Positions 44,401-56,999 of a stretch of DNA of 64,000 bases are shown piece after piece. The stretch is taken from the NCBI GenBank assembly GCA_008632985.1, contig QPGO01000221.1, positions 1 to 64,000 on the forward strand, in the 5' to 3' direction. The DNA comes from Psammoneis japonica. Lineage: Eukaryota. The position numbers and the translations under genes are program-made. Every line of letters begins with the position of its first letter. Position 1 is the stretch's first letter. Under the pieces are notes generated by a model. The model saw only the letters and a list, made by a program, of their open reading frames with translations. It made no database searches and was not told the origin of the DNA.

Positions 44401-47400
44401 GGGGCTGGATGGTGAGTGGTGAGTGCTGGATGATGGAAGGTGGATGGCAGAGACTGGTGGGTGTGGGTGCTGGATGATGGACACTGGATGTGCTGGATGA
44501 TGCTGGGCACTGGATGGCAGATGTGCTGGGTGCTGGATGGTGGGTGGTGGTTTGTGGTTTGTGGATGTTGGATGGCAGATGACGGATGCTGGATGTTGGA
44601 TGGAGTTGTGGATGGCAGATGTTGGACGCTGGTCTCTGGATGATGGGTGCTGCTCCACAGACGGTGTGTGCTGGATGCTGACACTGGCTCCTGCTGCTGG
44701 AGGGTGGATGGCCGCTGCTGGAGGGTGCGCGGTGGATGGCACATGCCAAACTCTTGTTGGTTGATGCTTTGTGGTGGATGGCAAATGATGGATGCTGGAA
44801 GGTGGGTGGTGGATGGCACAGGATCATGGATGCTTGATGGTGGATGGCAAATGCTGGATGCTGGATGATGATGGGTGGCAGATCATGGTGTGTGGTGGAT
44901 GTCACATGGCAGGTGGCAAGTCATGGATGGCAGACATGCAAGATGTCAGATGATGGATGTGGGACATGGGCTGCAGACATCAGATCATGGATGGCGGGGT
45001 GTGGCAGATGGTGGGCAGATCACACTGGATGGCAGATGGTGGATGAATGATGGAGAATGGTTGACGATTGCTGGCAGACAGCAGCCAGTGGCTGGTGGAT
45101 GGAGGTTTCTGGATGCCAGGTGGTGTGTCATGGATGCTGGGTGCTGGATGTCTTGTGGAGCATGCTTGATGGCTGATGATGCCAATTGCTGGATGTCAGA
45201 CAGTGGGCGGCACATGGGGGAGGTGGTGGCCACTGCAGAAACAGGGGCATGCTGGGTGAGGGATCTCAGATTCCTTGTCCATGGTGGAATGCTGTGTGTG
45301 ACCTGACACCCTTGTAAACTGCCCAAGGAGAAAGATTGAGCAGCTCTCTTTTGGCCCACAATTTGATTGGGGCAATGTGCAGTGCCTGCAAAGTGACAAA
45401 AAGCAGCTGATTCAGCTTCAATTTGTTTGGCTGCTTGGTCTGATTTCACCCCTCTTTTTCTTCTCTGGCATGCCTTGGAGTCTGAGTGAAGGTCAACCTT
45501 GAAGCTGGTGTGCACTTCATTTTGAAACACACCTCAAGCCTTTACAACAACAGTGGAAAGAATCAGACCCATCATGCTCACGGCAATTGGGGCACAATTT
45601 GGGCTCACAAACTAATTTGAAGCCACCCTCCTGTGAAAAACCACCTGCCTCTGTGACCTCCACATTTGTCAAAACAAGCATGGCTTTCCCCTGTGAAAAA
45701 ATGTGCCAGTGTTGCAACTTGGACAACACAAGTGTCACAATCAACAAGTGCTTGGCAGAGAGTGGGCTGCAGTGTGATCTGCGTCTTGCAGACAAAAAAA
45801 AAGGAGAAAGAAAGTTGCCACAGTGCTGACAACTGACAAGCAAGTTGCCATGGAAAGCCACCAACAACACCCCTCCACACCCACTTGCATCAGCTTTTCA
45901 GAAGCACACTTGCACTTCCAAGCAACTCTGTTGTGCACTGCTGCACCTGCTGCAGCCCAAAGTGTGCATTGCAAGACTTTGCCCAAGGTTGCAAGCCAAC
46001 AATTGACAGTGTTGACAAACACCAAGCTCCAATTCTGAACTTTGTCAGTGCTGCTGGGTTGCCTCCAGTTCACTTGGTCCAGCCCAGTGGTGAGAAACCA
46101 ACAGGGCCAAGTCAAAATCTCTGAAAACATGCAGAAAACAACCTTGTTGCTCTGCCAGCTGTGATGCCTTGCTTTGCGGCTGCTCAGAGTCCCAGAGCTG
46201 TCACCCAATCTGTCTCACACAACAATGCTGTGGCTTCACAAGGGCTGGAGCCAACAAAACAACAAGAAAGAGCCCACCCTGCAATGCCAAAGCTGCTGAT
46301 GCTCTTCTTAAAAGCAAAGACAGCAGCCAAAACACATCATGACAAAGAAGGCAAACACAACTCATCATCATGGCTCACAATTTCTTCTCAGCTCTTCCTC
46401 TCAATCAGCTCATCAACATCAATGAGCTGATGCAGAACAGAAAAGGGGTTGCACCGCCACTGCAAGAGAGGCTGCAAGCCAATCAAAGCTGTTTCAAAAA
46501 GTCCTCAACAGAAAAAAAGGACTCTGTCATGGCTCTCATTGTGCTCAAAGACACCATGGTCAAGCTTTGTCTGACAAGCAATCATTTGTTGTCTTTGGGT
46601 GCACACCCACATTGATGATTGTGGCAGTGGCATGGTGTGCTCTCTGTGCACTGGTTGTCAGCTGCTGGTGCTCAGCCCACTGCACATCACCCTCAAATGA
46701 AAAACTGCTGTGCACACGAGGAAAATTGCGTGTTGGTCTCAGGACGCCTGTTTTTGCACCCCCAAGTTGCACCCCAAATTGCATCTCTTAGATTTGAACA
46801 GGACAGGTCCAGTGGCAGCTCTCTCTAGAGCCTGGACTCCAAGCCAAGCAGCGAGAGGACACCAGTGCACTGGCTGACAAGCAAGTCACGGGGATCAAAG
46901 CAGACCAGGAAGGGAGAGACAGGGTGCTGAAGATGGACCTGACACACATTGTTTGTTTGTTCGTTCGTTTGTTGTTCGTTCCCTTGCATGATGTTTTTAA
47001 TTGCAAAATTGCCCACCACAGACCCGATCTTCAGACTTGCATTTCTGGGTTCCCATTGATGACTGCCACATCGCACACCCCAGCCAGTTTTAGACAGCTG
47101 GATCTGGTGCTGTGGATCATTGTCCCCAGTGGATTCCATGACATGGCAACATTTGTTTGTGTGCAATTTGCTTCCGCACATGGGTCAATGGGCTGCAATG
47201 CGCTGTTGTGTGCTTTGATGTCATGAGCAGATCTAAGGTGGCACAGTGCAGCACTGGCAGCTGAGAGAGAGCTCTCTTCACAGTTGCACTCTGCTGGCAG
47301 TTGGCAGAGAGCAACTCTGATGGAGATCCAGGGAAAATGGTGCACAACCAAGGCACCATCACCAATGTGTTGCAGTCAAAACCATCTTCTGTTGATTGGC

Positions 47401-49700
47401 TGAAGACTGCCAAAATGTGGTCCACCCTCCTGTGGCGACACACAATGTTCCACTTGAAATTGTTGGCAGGCCCACAAAGCAATGCAGTGTTGCATTTTTT
47501 CGTGACGTGTCAACCCTTGATTCGTGGCTTTGGTGTGGCAAAGACTGGCATGAGGAGAGTGGCAGCTGGGGTCATTCCCATGTCTCGAGGTGCCTGCAAT
47601 TCATTGTCGACACAGGCTGCCACGTCTCTGGCATTTCCTGAAAGCTTCGAACTGTCCATTTTGCCCAGCAGAGAGCTTGGGACTTCCCGCACAGCAGAGC
47701 CGCTTGTCAACTGCACTCAAGGCATGCGCAGGAGTTGCGCGCAGCAGCTCAATGTCGGAAGACGACGGTCCGTGCCATTTTCGTGATTTGCACGACAAAT
47801 TGCCGCTCAACGCTGATGATGATGATGACACGTTTGCGATGTGCAATTGGTGCTCAATGACCACATCAACAATGCTCTCAAGAACATGCATGCATCAAGA
47901 AAGTCCCCCGGGCAAACTGTCAATTGTTCCACACTCGAATGCATCAAACGATGGCGACGTTTTGCTTTCAAACAGAGGCTTCTTTCATGACTGAACACAT
48001 TCTCAAACTTAATGAACTAAATGTCTGCAATGCCCAAACAGTGGAGGACACGTCATTGTTGTTGCTGTTGTTGCGACAATGCACCATCGTCATGTTGCCA
48101 ATTTTTGGCGATGATGCATGCAGCGCACACGAAGTTTCCAGTGCAAAAAAAAAATCAGAAAGTTGAGTTGTCTTGTCATCTCTGTGAGGTTCTGAGATTG
48201 CCTTGAAGTGCAACGCATTCTTCCTCTGGAGTTGAGCAAAGGTGCCTTTCCTGCCACACAGCCAAATGATCGCATCCCTTGCGATTTGTGGAAACATGAG
48301 CACCACGTGGTTGCAGCAGATCCACATTTGGAACAATCTCACACTGTGCTCCACAACTCAGAGCGTTTTTCCACGATGCCCAGTCACCGGCAATGGCACA
48401 AGCACAGCCAGAAACGGGCTCCATTGCATCAAACCAAGCTTCCAATGCTTCATGCTTCCCGCCATGTCTGGGTTCCGAAGAATCTCCATCACAGGTTGGA
48501 GTCACTTGAGCAGCACAGCACTCAAGAAATGGATCCCAAACAGAAACGACCCATCATTGCATTCCTCCCTGACCTGATCTGTCTCGTCCAAGCTCGCCAT
48601 GTGACTGCTGACACACTGCAGACACCAACTCTCTTTTCACAAAATGAAAGGCGCTTTGAGACACTTGATCAGTGTTTCATGGGAAGACATCCATTCGCTG
48701 CTGAACATGATCAAAATCCTCTGTCTGCAAGTGTTTGAAGCAAATGTGTCAAAGAAAATGAGCAAGACAATGAAACAAAAGCACAGCGCGGTTCGATCGC
48801 CACAGAGAGCTGGGGTGATGAGCAGCGAATCGGGGTGCCAACACAAATTTCTCTTTCCATCTTGCAATTGGCTGATTGCCTTCAAACCAGCACATGGCAT
48901 TGGCGCTGTTGAAAGGATTGGAGTTGGTCTGATGTTTCGCTTTGATTCTTAATTCTCATGGTGTGTGCTGTTTTGTGTGCGAGGAATGCGATGAGAGGGA
49001 GGTGCCAACTGTGAACTGGAGAACCACTGGCTCCTGCTTTTTTGGCAGTGCTGGCTGGCGTTGTTGCAGCCAACAACTCTTTTCAGCTTGGAGCTTGTCA
49101 AACACCCCTTTTGGAGCAGCCACCAATGACTCTCACTTGGCTGCCAAGGGCGGCTCTTGTCTTTGTTTGCTTTGAAAATCAGAAGCTTGACGCTGCGAGG
49201 GATTTGCAAAGGGCCGCTGTGGTTGACAAGCTGCTCCCAGGAGCAACTGCAATGCTGGCCCTTTCCTGGGATCTGTTCAGCAGGTTGCTGGCACTGTGGG
49301 TCACTTTGATCATGTGCTCTTGCTTGGGATGCCTTGGGTGCATCAGATGTGTCTTGCGATGCAACAAAAGACCAGACCGCTGCTGCCACATGAGGTGCTG
49401 ATGAAATCAAGAAGGTGCCATGTGCCGGGGGTTGGCTGTTGAGAGGTGCTCAGCAAACAACCTGCAAAGATGAGGAAACATTTGCCCTGAGCCCACAGCC
49501 GTGCTGGGGGTGCCCTTGCTTCCTGTTTTGCAGCAACGCTGGAGTGTGCTGGGGGGGAGCACCGCCCGTGGTGGCCACTGGCAAGCCATTGCGCACCTGA
49601 TTGGCTCACTTGTTGGAGCAATGCAAAATGGGTGAAGCCTTCTCGTGGTGAATGCAAAGAAGGCAAAGTCACAACAATTCACCACAGACGTCACACTGCA
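41490..49700. other. Second large TpA-depleted domain (CpG also depleted to about 47400)
   Basis: TA is almost absent except in YTAR. ORFs lack Tyr. Confidence 0.88.
44296..45250 (+). repeat. Strand-skewed (GGAT/GATG/TGG) low-complexity satellite-like tract
   Basis: Dense ggatg/tgg units, including an exact 28-bp duplication ggatggtgggtttctgatggtgggggct at 44351-44406. Confidence 0.9.
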
Positions 49701-49890
49701 CTGTAGACAGGCCGATGAAATGATGATGACGTCGCGTGCGATGTTTTTGGCGGGACAGGAATTTGAAAGACGCACGTACGCGCGCACGTGCTGCATTCGA
49801 AAAAGATCCGTTGGGCGTGTAGAAACATGGCTGATTCTACGGAGAATCAACTTTGTGGTACATAAAGTCACGTACCGGTAGGCTCTACGG
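49700..49890 (+). promoter_or_regulatory. Family-X upstream module, copy 4
   Basis: TTTGGCGGGA at 49746-49755 and TTTGAA at 49762-49767, upstream of the ATG at 49994. Confidence 0.6.
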
Positions 49891-49993
49891 AATGCATCAA
49901 AAACTCGAGTCGTCAATCAAAAGCATCCCATCGCCACCGTCACAACTCAACAGCATTGACAACATTTGACATTGTATTGACATCATTAGCAGG

Positions 49994-51071
49994 ATGAACT
50001 TCTTCAAGGGTGTTCTCAAGGGTATTCTCTCCGTAGTGACTGGCGGAGCCAACGACAAGAACAACGACGGGAGCGACTCGGAGGGATTGCGATCGCCGAA
50101 CAGTTTCGAGGATGAAACTGCTGTTGTGAGTACTCCGCCTGGGTTGCTTCCGGAAACCATAGCGGAGGTAAGTATCGCGCGTTCATTCAAATTGTCGAGG
50201 AACGATATTTGTCTCACGTGTTGTATTTCGTTCTCCTTTTGGTGCTGTGCTGTAGGGCTACTCTGACGATGCCTATTCGTCGCCAGAGTATGAAGGAATT
50301 TCCCGTCGGCAGGTGGAGCATGCCCTCCGGACAGCTCTGGAGAAACTCAAACAATCCGTAAAGGAAAACATCGAACTCTTGGAAACGAATGACATCTTAT
50401 CGGAAACGAATGCCAACTTATCGGAAACGAATGCCAACTTATCGATTTCCCTTGAACGAATCACTACCATGCAACAGGAAGAACATGAGATGCGAAAGGA
50501 TGAATTAAAGCGACAAGAAGAGCGACGTGATAAAGAAGAAGAGCGTAGAAGGGAAGCACACGAGCTTGAAATGGCAGAACGGAGGCTATTCATTGAGGCC
50601 ATGCAAGGAGGAACACCCATGGTGAAGGCTTCATCGGCTGTGCCAAGAACGCCCATGGCGGTCGCGTCGTTAGCTCCTGTCACTCCGGTTGCGACGTTGG
50701 TTCCTGTCACTACGGCTCGTTCAAGCACCAACCGCGCTGTCTCTTTTGAAGACCGTCTACGCGATGCAGCCGCACCTCATTCTGAGACAGGCGTCACTCT
50801 GATGACAGCGACTGGCGCTGATGACAACGCTACCACTACTGCCGCAGCAAAGCCAGCTGTCCGTGGCTCCCGCAGCCGCAACAATGTGCAAGAGTTCAAC
50901 GCTGGCGACAAGTATCGCATCACGAAGGGAAAAGCAAAAGACGAGGTGGTAGAGATAGTGTGCAAGAATGGGCGTGGCACGTACACTGTGCGGAAAAGCG
51001 ATGGCACAGAGCTCACGAAGAAAAGCTACCATCTGGAGCTCCTCCATGGCTCTATCAGCGATGCGGAGTAG
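49994..51071 (+). CDS. Family-X protein, intact spliced copy (exons 49994-50167 and 50256-51071, 329 aa): coiled coil plus C-terminal KOW/SH3-like domain
   Basis: Removing the 88-nt GTAAGT...GTAG intron joins ORF 49994 to ORF 50313 in frame. The N- and C-termini and 3' flank match 33486-35120. Confidence 0.85.
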
Positions 51072-51249
51072 ACCGTAGAAAAGCTTATCTCACGGTGGGG
51101 AAGGCGAAAAATATCGTAGATGACTAGCGGATCTATCATAGTGTCACGAAACAATAATAGCTATTCATTTTACGAAATTCATCTGTTATCTCTTTAGCTA
51201 GCGTTGATGAAGACGATCCAGCTAAAGAAAAACTAGACTCCCAACAACT

Positions 51250-52400
51250 ACTACTTCGTAGTAGCCTGTCGTTTGAAAACCACTACCGCAGCGGCTTCCA
51301 AGTGTCCATCGAGTGCGGGACGTACATTCACCAAGAGACTTGTCACTTCGGTGGGAATGCGTTTCAAGGGAATCATAACGTTGGGATTGGCAAAGCGATG
51401 GGATTCGCGCGAGCAAGCGTGCAGATACTGAGCCTTAGTGGCGCTCATCGATTCCGGTGTAAACTATCCACCGTTCCACGTCAATCCTTGATAGATTTTC
51501 TCTTGAGCTTTTGGACTAGTAGCCAAGTGCAATAATTTCCAGGTCTTTGCTTCGTCTCGTTACTTTGTCATCCGTTTCCACTGAGAGCAAAGGCTTGGTT
51601 GGCATATGGCTTGGGCTGCACCCTAGTGGGCGGCAAACTGCTTGTACAAACAAGTTTCAATACCCGAAACTTTGGCCACAATGGCATGGTACGCCGTTTG
51701 CATCATTTCGCTATTGATACGGAGCGATTCCACCACGCTGGTGCAAAAGAGTTCATCTTCCGGGTCCGACTGGTGTTCGGGATCTGTAATGCGCGTCTTT
51801 TGTCCCAACATGACAAAGTGGTTGAGATTCTTGCTGTATTGCGGAGCTCCACGAGAAATCCCTGGCGCAGCTTCAATGACCAACGGTAGGTATCGGGTGG
51901 CAGATGCAGGAGCCAATAGGTCCGTCTGTATAAAAATTACGAATTCGTTTCCATTAGGCCCGTTCTTCACAATACCTCCGACGCTGATGTTGCGATCTTC
52001 AACCTATTTTGAATAAGCCAACGAGAACTCGGCTGCTCCTGAAGGAAAATTCCCCTCCCGTCTTAGAATCTTCGCCATTTCGTGCGGATCTTGAATGACG
52101 TGACACGTGCGAGGCCTTTCCCGAGACCCGACATTCCAAGAAAAATAAAAGTCTCCAAAGCGACGTTTCATTTCGGGCCAAAACTCATAAACGGCAAATT
52201 GGGCAGAAGATTCTTGGGATTGATGTGTTGTGAATAGACTATTCTTGTTCTTGCCTCCCTTGACGGGACGGGCAATCTCCTTGCCACTGCTGTCATTACT
52301 GGATGACGCGGAAGTAGTAGTAGTAGCAGCCGGTCCTTTTGGCCCATGAGGAGTTTTCTTAGCACGAAACGAAACTCCAACTTTGTAGCCACCGTCACTT
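51250..52400 (-). pseudogene. Cytochrome P450 pseudogene
   Basis: DPHEMAKILRREGNFP, LHLATSPKAQEKIY and YLHACSRESHR (ExxR motif). Stops and deletions present, and no heme-Cys motif seen. Confidence 0.8.
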
Positions 52401-52719
52401 TGTTTTATGGGACAGCTGCTGCTTCGGTCCTCCTGATATTGCTCTTTGGGTTGCTGGTCCTCCCAGGGACATCCTAGAGTCAATCAGTATATTGGCTTAG
52501 CCGGGAGAGCAGTGGGGTCGGTGATGCCGTCTCTCTCTCTACTGCAATCGCTACGCTCAGCACCAGTAGGGAGAGGCGCCATGGCCTGACTTTCTACAGG
52601 TGTGGGACTGTTTGACAGAGTTATTGGGAAAGCAGTACCTTCCAGAGGTGGCACAAGTAACGCGTCGAATTGAGAAAATTTCTGGATTTGCGTGCTTTGT
52701 TGTGACAACAATCTCTGTC

Positions 52720-52823
52720 TCGCACTGCATCGACCCGTCATGACAGTGGCAGACAAGACCAGATTCACACGAACCGTCGTAGTCGCAATCACCTCGGTAT
52801 AATTCCCATCTTATTTCCAACAA
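52720..52823 (-). pseudogene. Single frustulin-like cysteine domain fragment upstream of the P450 remnant
   Basis: YRGDCDYDGSCESGLVC. Confidence 0.6.
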
Positions 52824-55800
52824 CTGCGGAGAGCAAACCTCTTCACTATGGTACCGTATTTCATGGTGTGCGGATGTTGGATGTTTTGATGTGTTTGATT
52901 TGTTTTATGGGTTCCGCCGACACCCCGTGAAAGAGGTGCATTATAGCCGTAGACCTAGTATGTTGACGTCACGCGTATATTTTGTACCACAACACTGTGT
53001 AAATCACCTCGTCCCGTGACGTCATCACTCTCCGAAATTTTTGCGCAACGAGCCGAAGGAGTTTTTGGTGGGCGACCATGATGAATACGCAACGATTCTG
53101 GCGGCAAACAGTAAGTTTATTCTCGACGGTACATTATAGAACTGCCATATTTTCTTTCCTTCATTGAACATGTAACTTTTATGGTGGAAAACTGTCAAAA
53201 ACATCTTGTTCACAGCTTGCAAACCTGGAGGACCCGTGCAAAATCCCCCTTGTCACAAGTCGAAGTTGCATCTAGATAGAAGTTCCAGTTGCCCGAAGTT
53301 CAATACTTCAATGGATTTGGACCATATTGATCTTTAGGAATTGTTCTGAAGAGAAGCGTCGTGAAATAACGGCGAGAGCATCCATTTTGATGCTTCCGAT
53401 CATGAGTCAGATGCCGGAACATGTGTTGTGAGGTGAGCACTCGAGGCCAAGCTTTATAACATTTTCTTTTGTTTTCCTCACAAAATCCTTTGTTTTCGAC
53501 TTCTTCATTGTTAGGGTGAAGCTTTCTAGCTTCTCGTTTCATAAAGAAAAAGAATCAGAAGAGTTCTGCTGGCCGAAGAGAGTGTTTTTCTCTCATTTTT
53601 TGGCACCTCAGAACCGCGAGTCATTCGAGGGCCGGTAGTTTCACATCAGCGGTTGTTGTTCTAAGAGACTCAGTCATTTTCGAGTTCGATATTGTGTCTT
53701 TGAGACTTTCAGGTCTTTAATAGAAAGCAACCGATCAAAAGGGCACCATCATCTCGCAGAAGTGGATCAGACTCGGATGTTTGCGTGGTGGCTGGAAAGC
53801 ACACCAGGACAGAGACGTCCATCGTCAAGGCCAGATAAGCTCCAAAGCATACTCTTTTAACACTCATTAGATTTATATCGAAATGCTCAAGCATAAATTG
53901 TAGAATTGGCCATACATTAGGTTGCATTTAGCTCTCCATCGAGCCCAGACCCAATCTGAAGAAATCGAAGCGCGCAACGAGTGTTGGGGCAACACCATCA
54001 TTAAGACAGCTCCCCACTGAGAAATCATAGTGCTTCAAATTGTCTTACTGGCTTATGTGATAGGTTCAAATGCTTTGGCAAGGTGTTGGTTCCCCTGCTG
54101 TATCGTAGGCGTAGCGAAACCTAGAGAGTGCGTTCCGTGACTCAAACCAAACGTTTGAGGACCCTCTCCTTGCAGCAGTTGTCACTGTTTTCTTAGATAA
54201 ACCAGCTTTAGAGCCCTATATGGCTAGCTTAGGTATGTGTTGCATCAATAATGGAATGCTTATGGTTACCATATCACTTAAAGAACTTCTTATATTAGTT
54301 TGGTCGGATGAGCCCGACCCGTCAAAAATCTCCATTCCAACAGCTTCCGGCATCTCAAGCACTTGAAAAACTTTGTTATTCATCCCAACCACCAATAATA
54401 ATTACTTTTGACCACGCATGGTAATAAAGGAGTTACCGGTGGCATGTACCTCTGCTGGTGAGGTCTTGGGTAGATTCGCACTCAGCGGCAACGACAACAC
54501 GCGAATGTGGGTGAGTCAGTGAAATGCAAAAAACATCGCTCAAATCGAAACTTTGAGGAGGAATCGCCACACAGTGTCCTTCTATTGGGAATAACAGAGA
54601 CTATTACACCCCGATTCCTCCTCAATTGTCAACATTGACGACCTCGGAACAGTACATTCATCATGGTCGGCGGCTTTTTTTTCCCACACAAAAAGCACGG
54701 AGAACGCGGATGACGGACAAGCAAAAATCAAAAATATTTAGTCGAATTATTCGAGCTATAATGCAACTCTCACGTAGAACTTTCACAGAGTGCCACGACG
54801 CTTTTGGGCCACGTCCGCGCGGCCATCGCTGTGATTTTCGACAAAACGCTCATAACCCATAAAATCAATTTTTCTTCATCGAAAAGTCGAAAACGCAAGC
54901 ACGCGACGCAACTCAAGTCGACCATGGGATCGGTTGCGGCGGCGGCAATATTTAACACCAAGTGTAAGAAACACCTGGATAGTATGTTAAAACCTCATTA
55001 TGATCATATGGTAAGGGTACTAAAGCAAGGCATCTTCATTTGATGCCTTTAATCGTCATCTGAACTTTTCACTCAATTTCTTTGTTTCTTCTGCATCCGA
55101 CACGACAGCAAATGTTTTGAAGGTGTGAAGTGGAATGCATTGTGCAGGTACCCATGACTTGGACGATATATTCGATAAAGATGACATAGAAAGGCACAAG
55201 CTCTTTCTTTGGCAGTGTTCTCCGTGTCAAAAACAAAAGCAAGCGCGGCAATCCTTGCTTGTCAAAATCATTTGCGACAATCAATCGACTCAATGTCTAC
55301 GTTAATCGTTCCAAAAGTTTCAATCAATGGCTCAAACGCCACCCTCTATGGATGTATGAGACGGTTCTGGATAGTTATCAGGTGTCAAAATTTTGTGCGA
55401 GTTCCTGAGGAGCCGCAAGCAGTTGGACCTCGGATCCTTTGAACACACCAGCTCCAACCAAATCGACTCGGAGCACGGCTTAAATTGTTCATATTGTCTG
55501 CAAAGAGGCGTTTTGAAGTGGTCAATCTTTCTAAGATCGGGATCAAACTGTAGAAAATGCTGCCAGTGATAGGTAAATGACGACAGCTGGCCGGAACCCA
55601 TTTGTCGGACACCATTTTCATCATTTTGCATACACCGAACGATGCATAGTTTGTTAATAATATAGATTGGACACTTTATAGAATAGCACAGGAAGCATCT
55701 GCTACGTAGGAGGATATCCAATATGAGCTATAGCAAAAGTCAACAAACACAATTAGTGACATTGAAGCCCGGAAGTGGGATTGATCCGGTTCTTGGTGTG

Positions 55801-56999
55801 CGCAGGCAGTTCTCTCTGCAAGGCTCCAAGTGCTGGAAATCATTACTGCAATGATGAGAATAGATTTATCAATGAGTAATCTGACAAAAGTGCAACAGAC
55901 TAGTGCTGTTAATGGCTAATTATGACTAGGAGCTACATGCCACGACCTCGAGGAGATGCAACATGCCACGGCAGATTGAACTGGCAGACCCCAGCATGCC
56001 GAGAAAACACTCGTATCGATATTTATTCTCTACTGGGCATAGTTACAGTTCGATCTTGAAGGTATGAGGGACTCGAAAAAGCCCCTTTGAGGGACAAACA
56101 AGGTGTACAACTGTGCTTTGCATCGATTTGGCTGCAGGTGCTAGATTCGCAGAAGTCTGAGTCCAGCTGCTTGCGTGTCCTCACGTCCTTGAATTGCTCT
56201 TTTGTTTCCTTTTCTTGCCCATAGTAGCTTCCTTTATTACATGAATGGGCTCTCTAATTCCTTCAACAACCCCTCCTCATGAATTTCTTGGCATTCTGAG
56301 TCGATCAGGCGGTTGCGACAGGACCAAGGCGACGGATGCACTTGTGGATGAGCTCTTGTTTTCAGCTCAGCATCACCTCCCATAACAGTCAGGATATTTT
56401 CTCCTTCATCTCGATCATAAATATCGACGAATGAATGTTCTCCTATGCCACACCTTCAATGTTGAACCTTGAGAACGTCGCCTGAAGTTGTCGGAAGCAG
56501 CGACATCGGGTGAAACAAGTGGGCGGCAGCAAAAGTCTTTTTTTCGCTCTGCAAGTGGCAAAAGTTGCAATGTTTTTAGATAGAACGATAGACATATAAG
56601 TTAATGATGAGATACAATCGAAACATTGCGAGTTTTGACCCAATAACACAAGCAGTAACGTTCTTACCGATGAACGGCGACTCACCATTTTCGTTCCGTA
56701 ACTTTTACGCATTTTTTGTACTGAAAATTGTGAGAGGCAGATCTGAATTTCGGCCCAAAAAATAGAAGGAAGGAGCGGCTTTTCAGTACTGCCGTAGAAT
56801 CTACGTGCAAGATGACGTCACAGTACAAAATGCCATTTCTACGCAGCGGTGGCCGCTCCGCGAGCGTCGTGGCCGTGCCGAACCAAATCCGCACCACGTC
56901 TGTCGTCCATCAGGTTCTCGAATTTTCCCGACCGCCCCAAACTCCCCACGGCCAGACGCTTGGTCGGTGCGTCAACACAAGCGCACGGTACACAGCACA

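Noticed and set aside
44224..44905. His/Pro-rich extensin-like proteins
   Set aside because: All frames give similar low-complexity translations of the GGATG tract.
47968..48738. hAT-like transposase (LQPVMEILRNPD)
   Set aside because: A single weak resemblance, with no other hAT motifs or TIRs found.
53510..53516. Telomeric TTAGGG
   Set aside because: A single isolated hexamer with no array.
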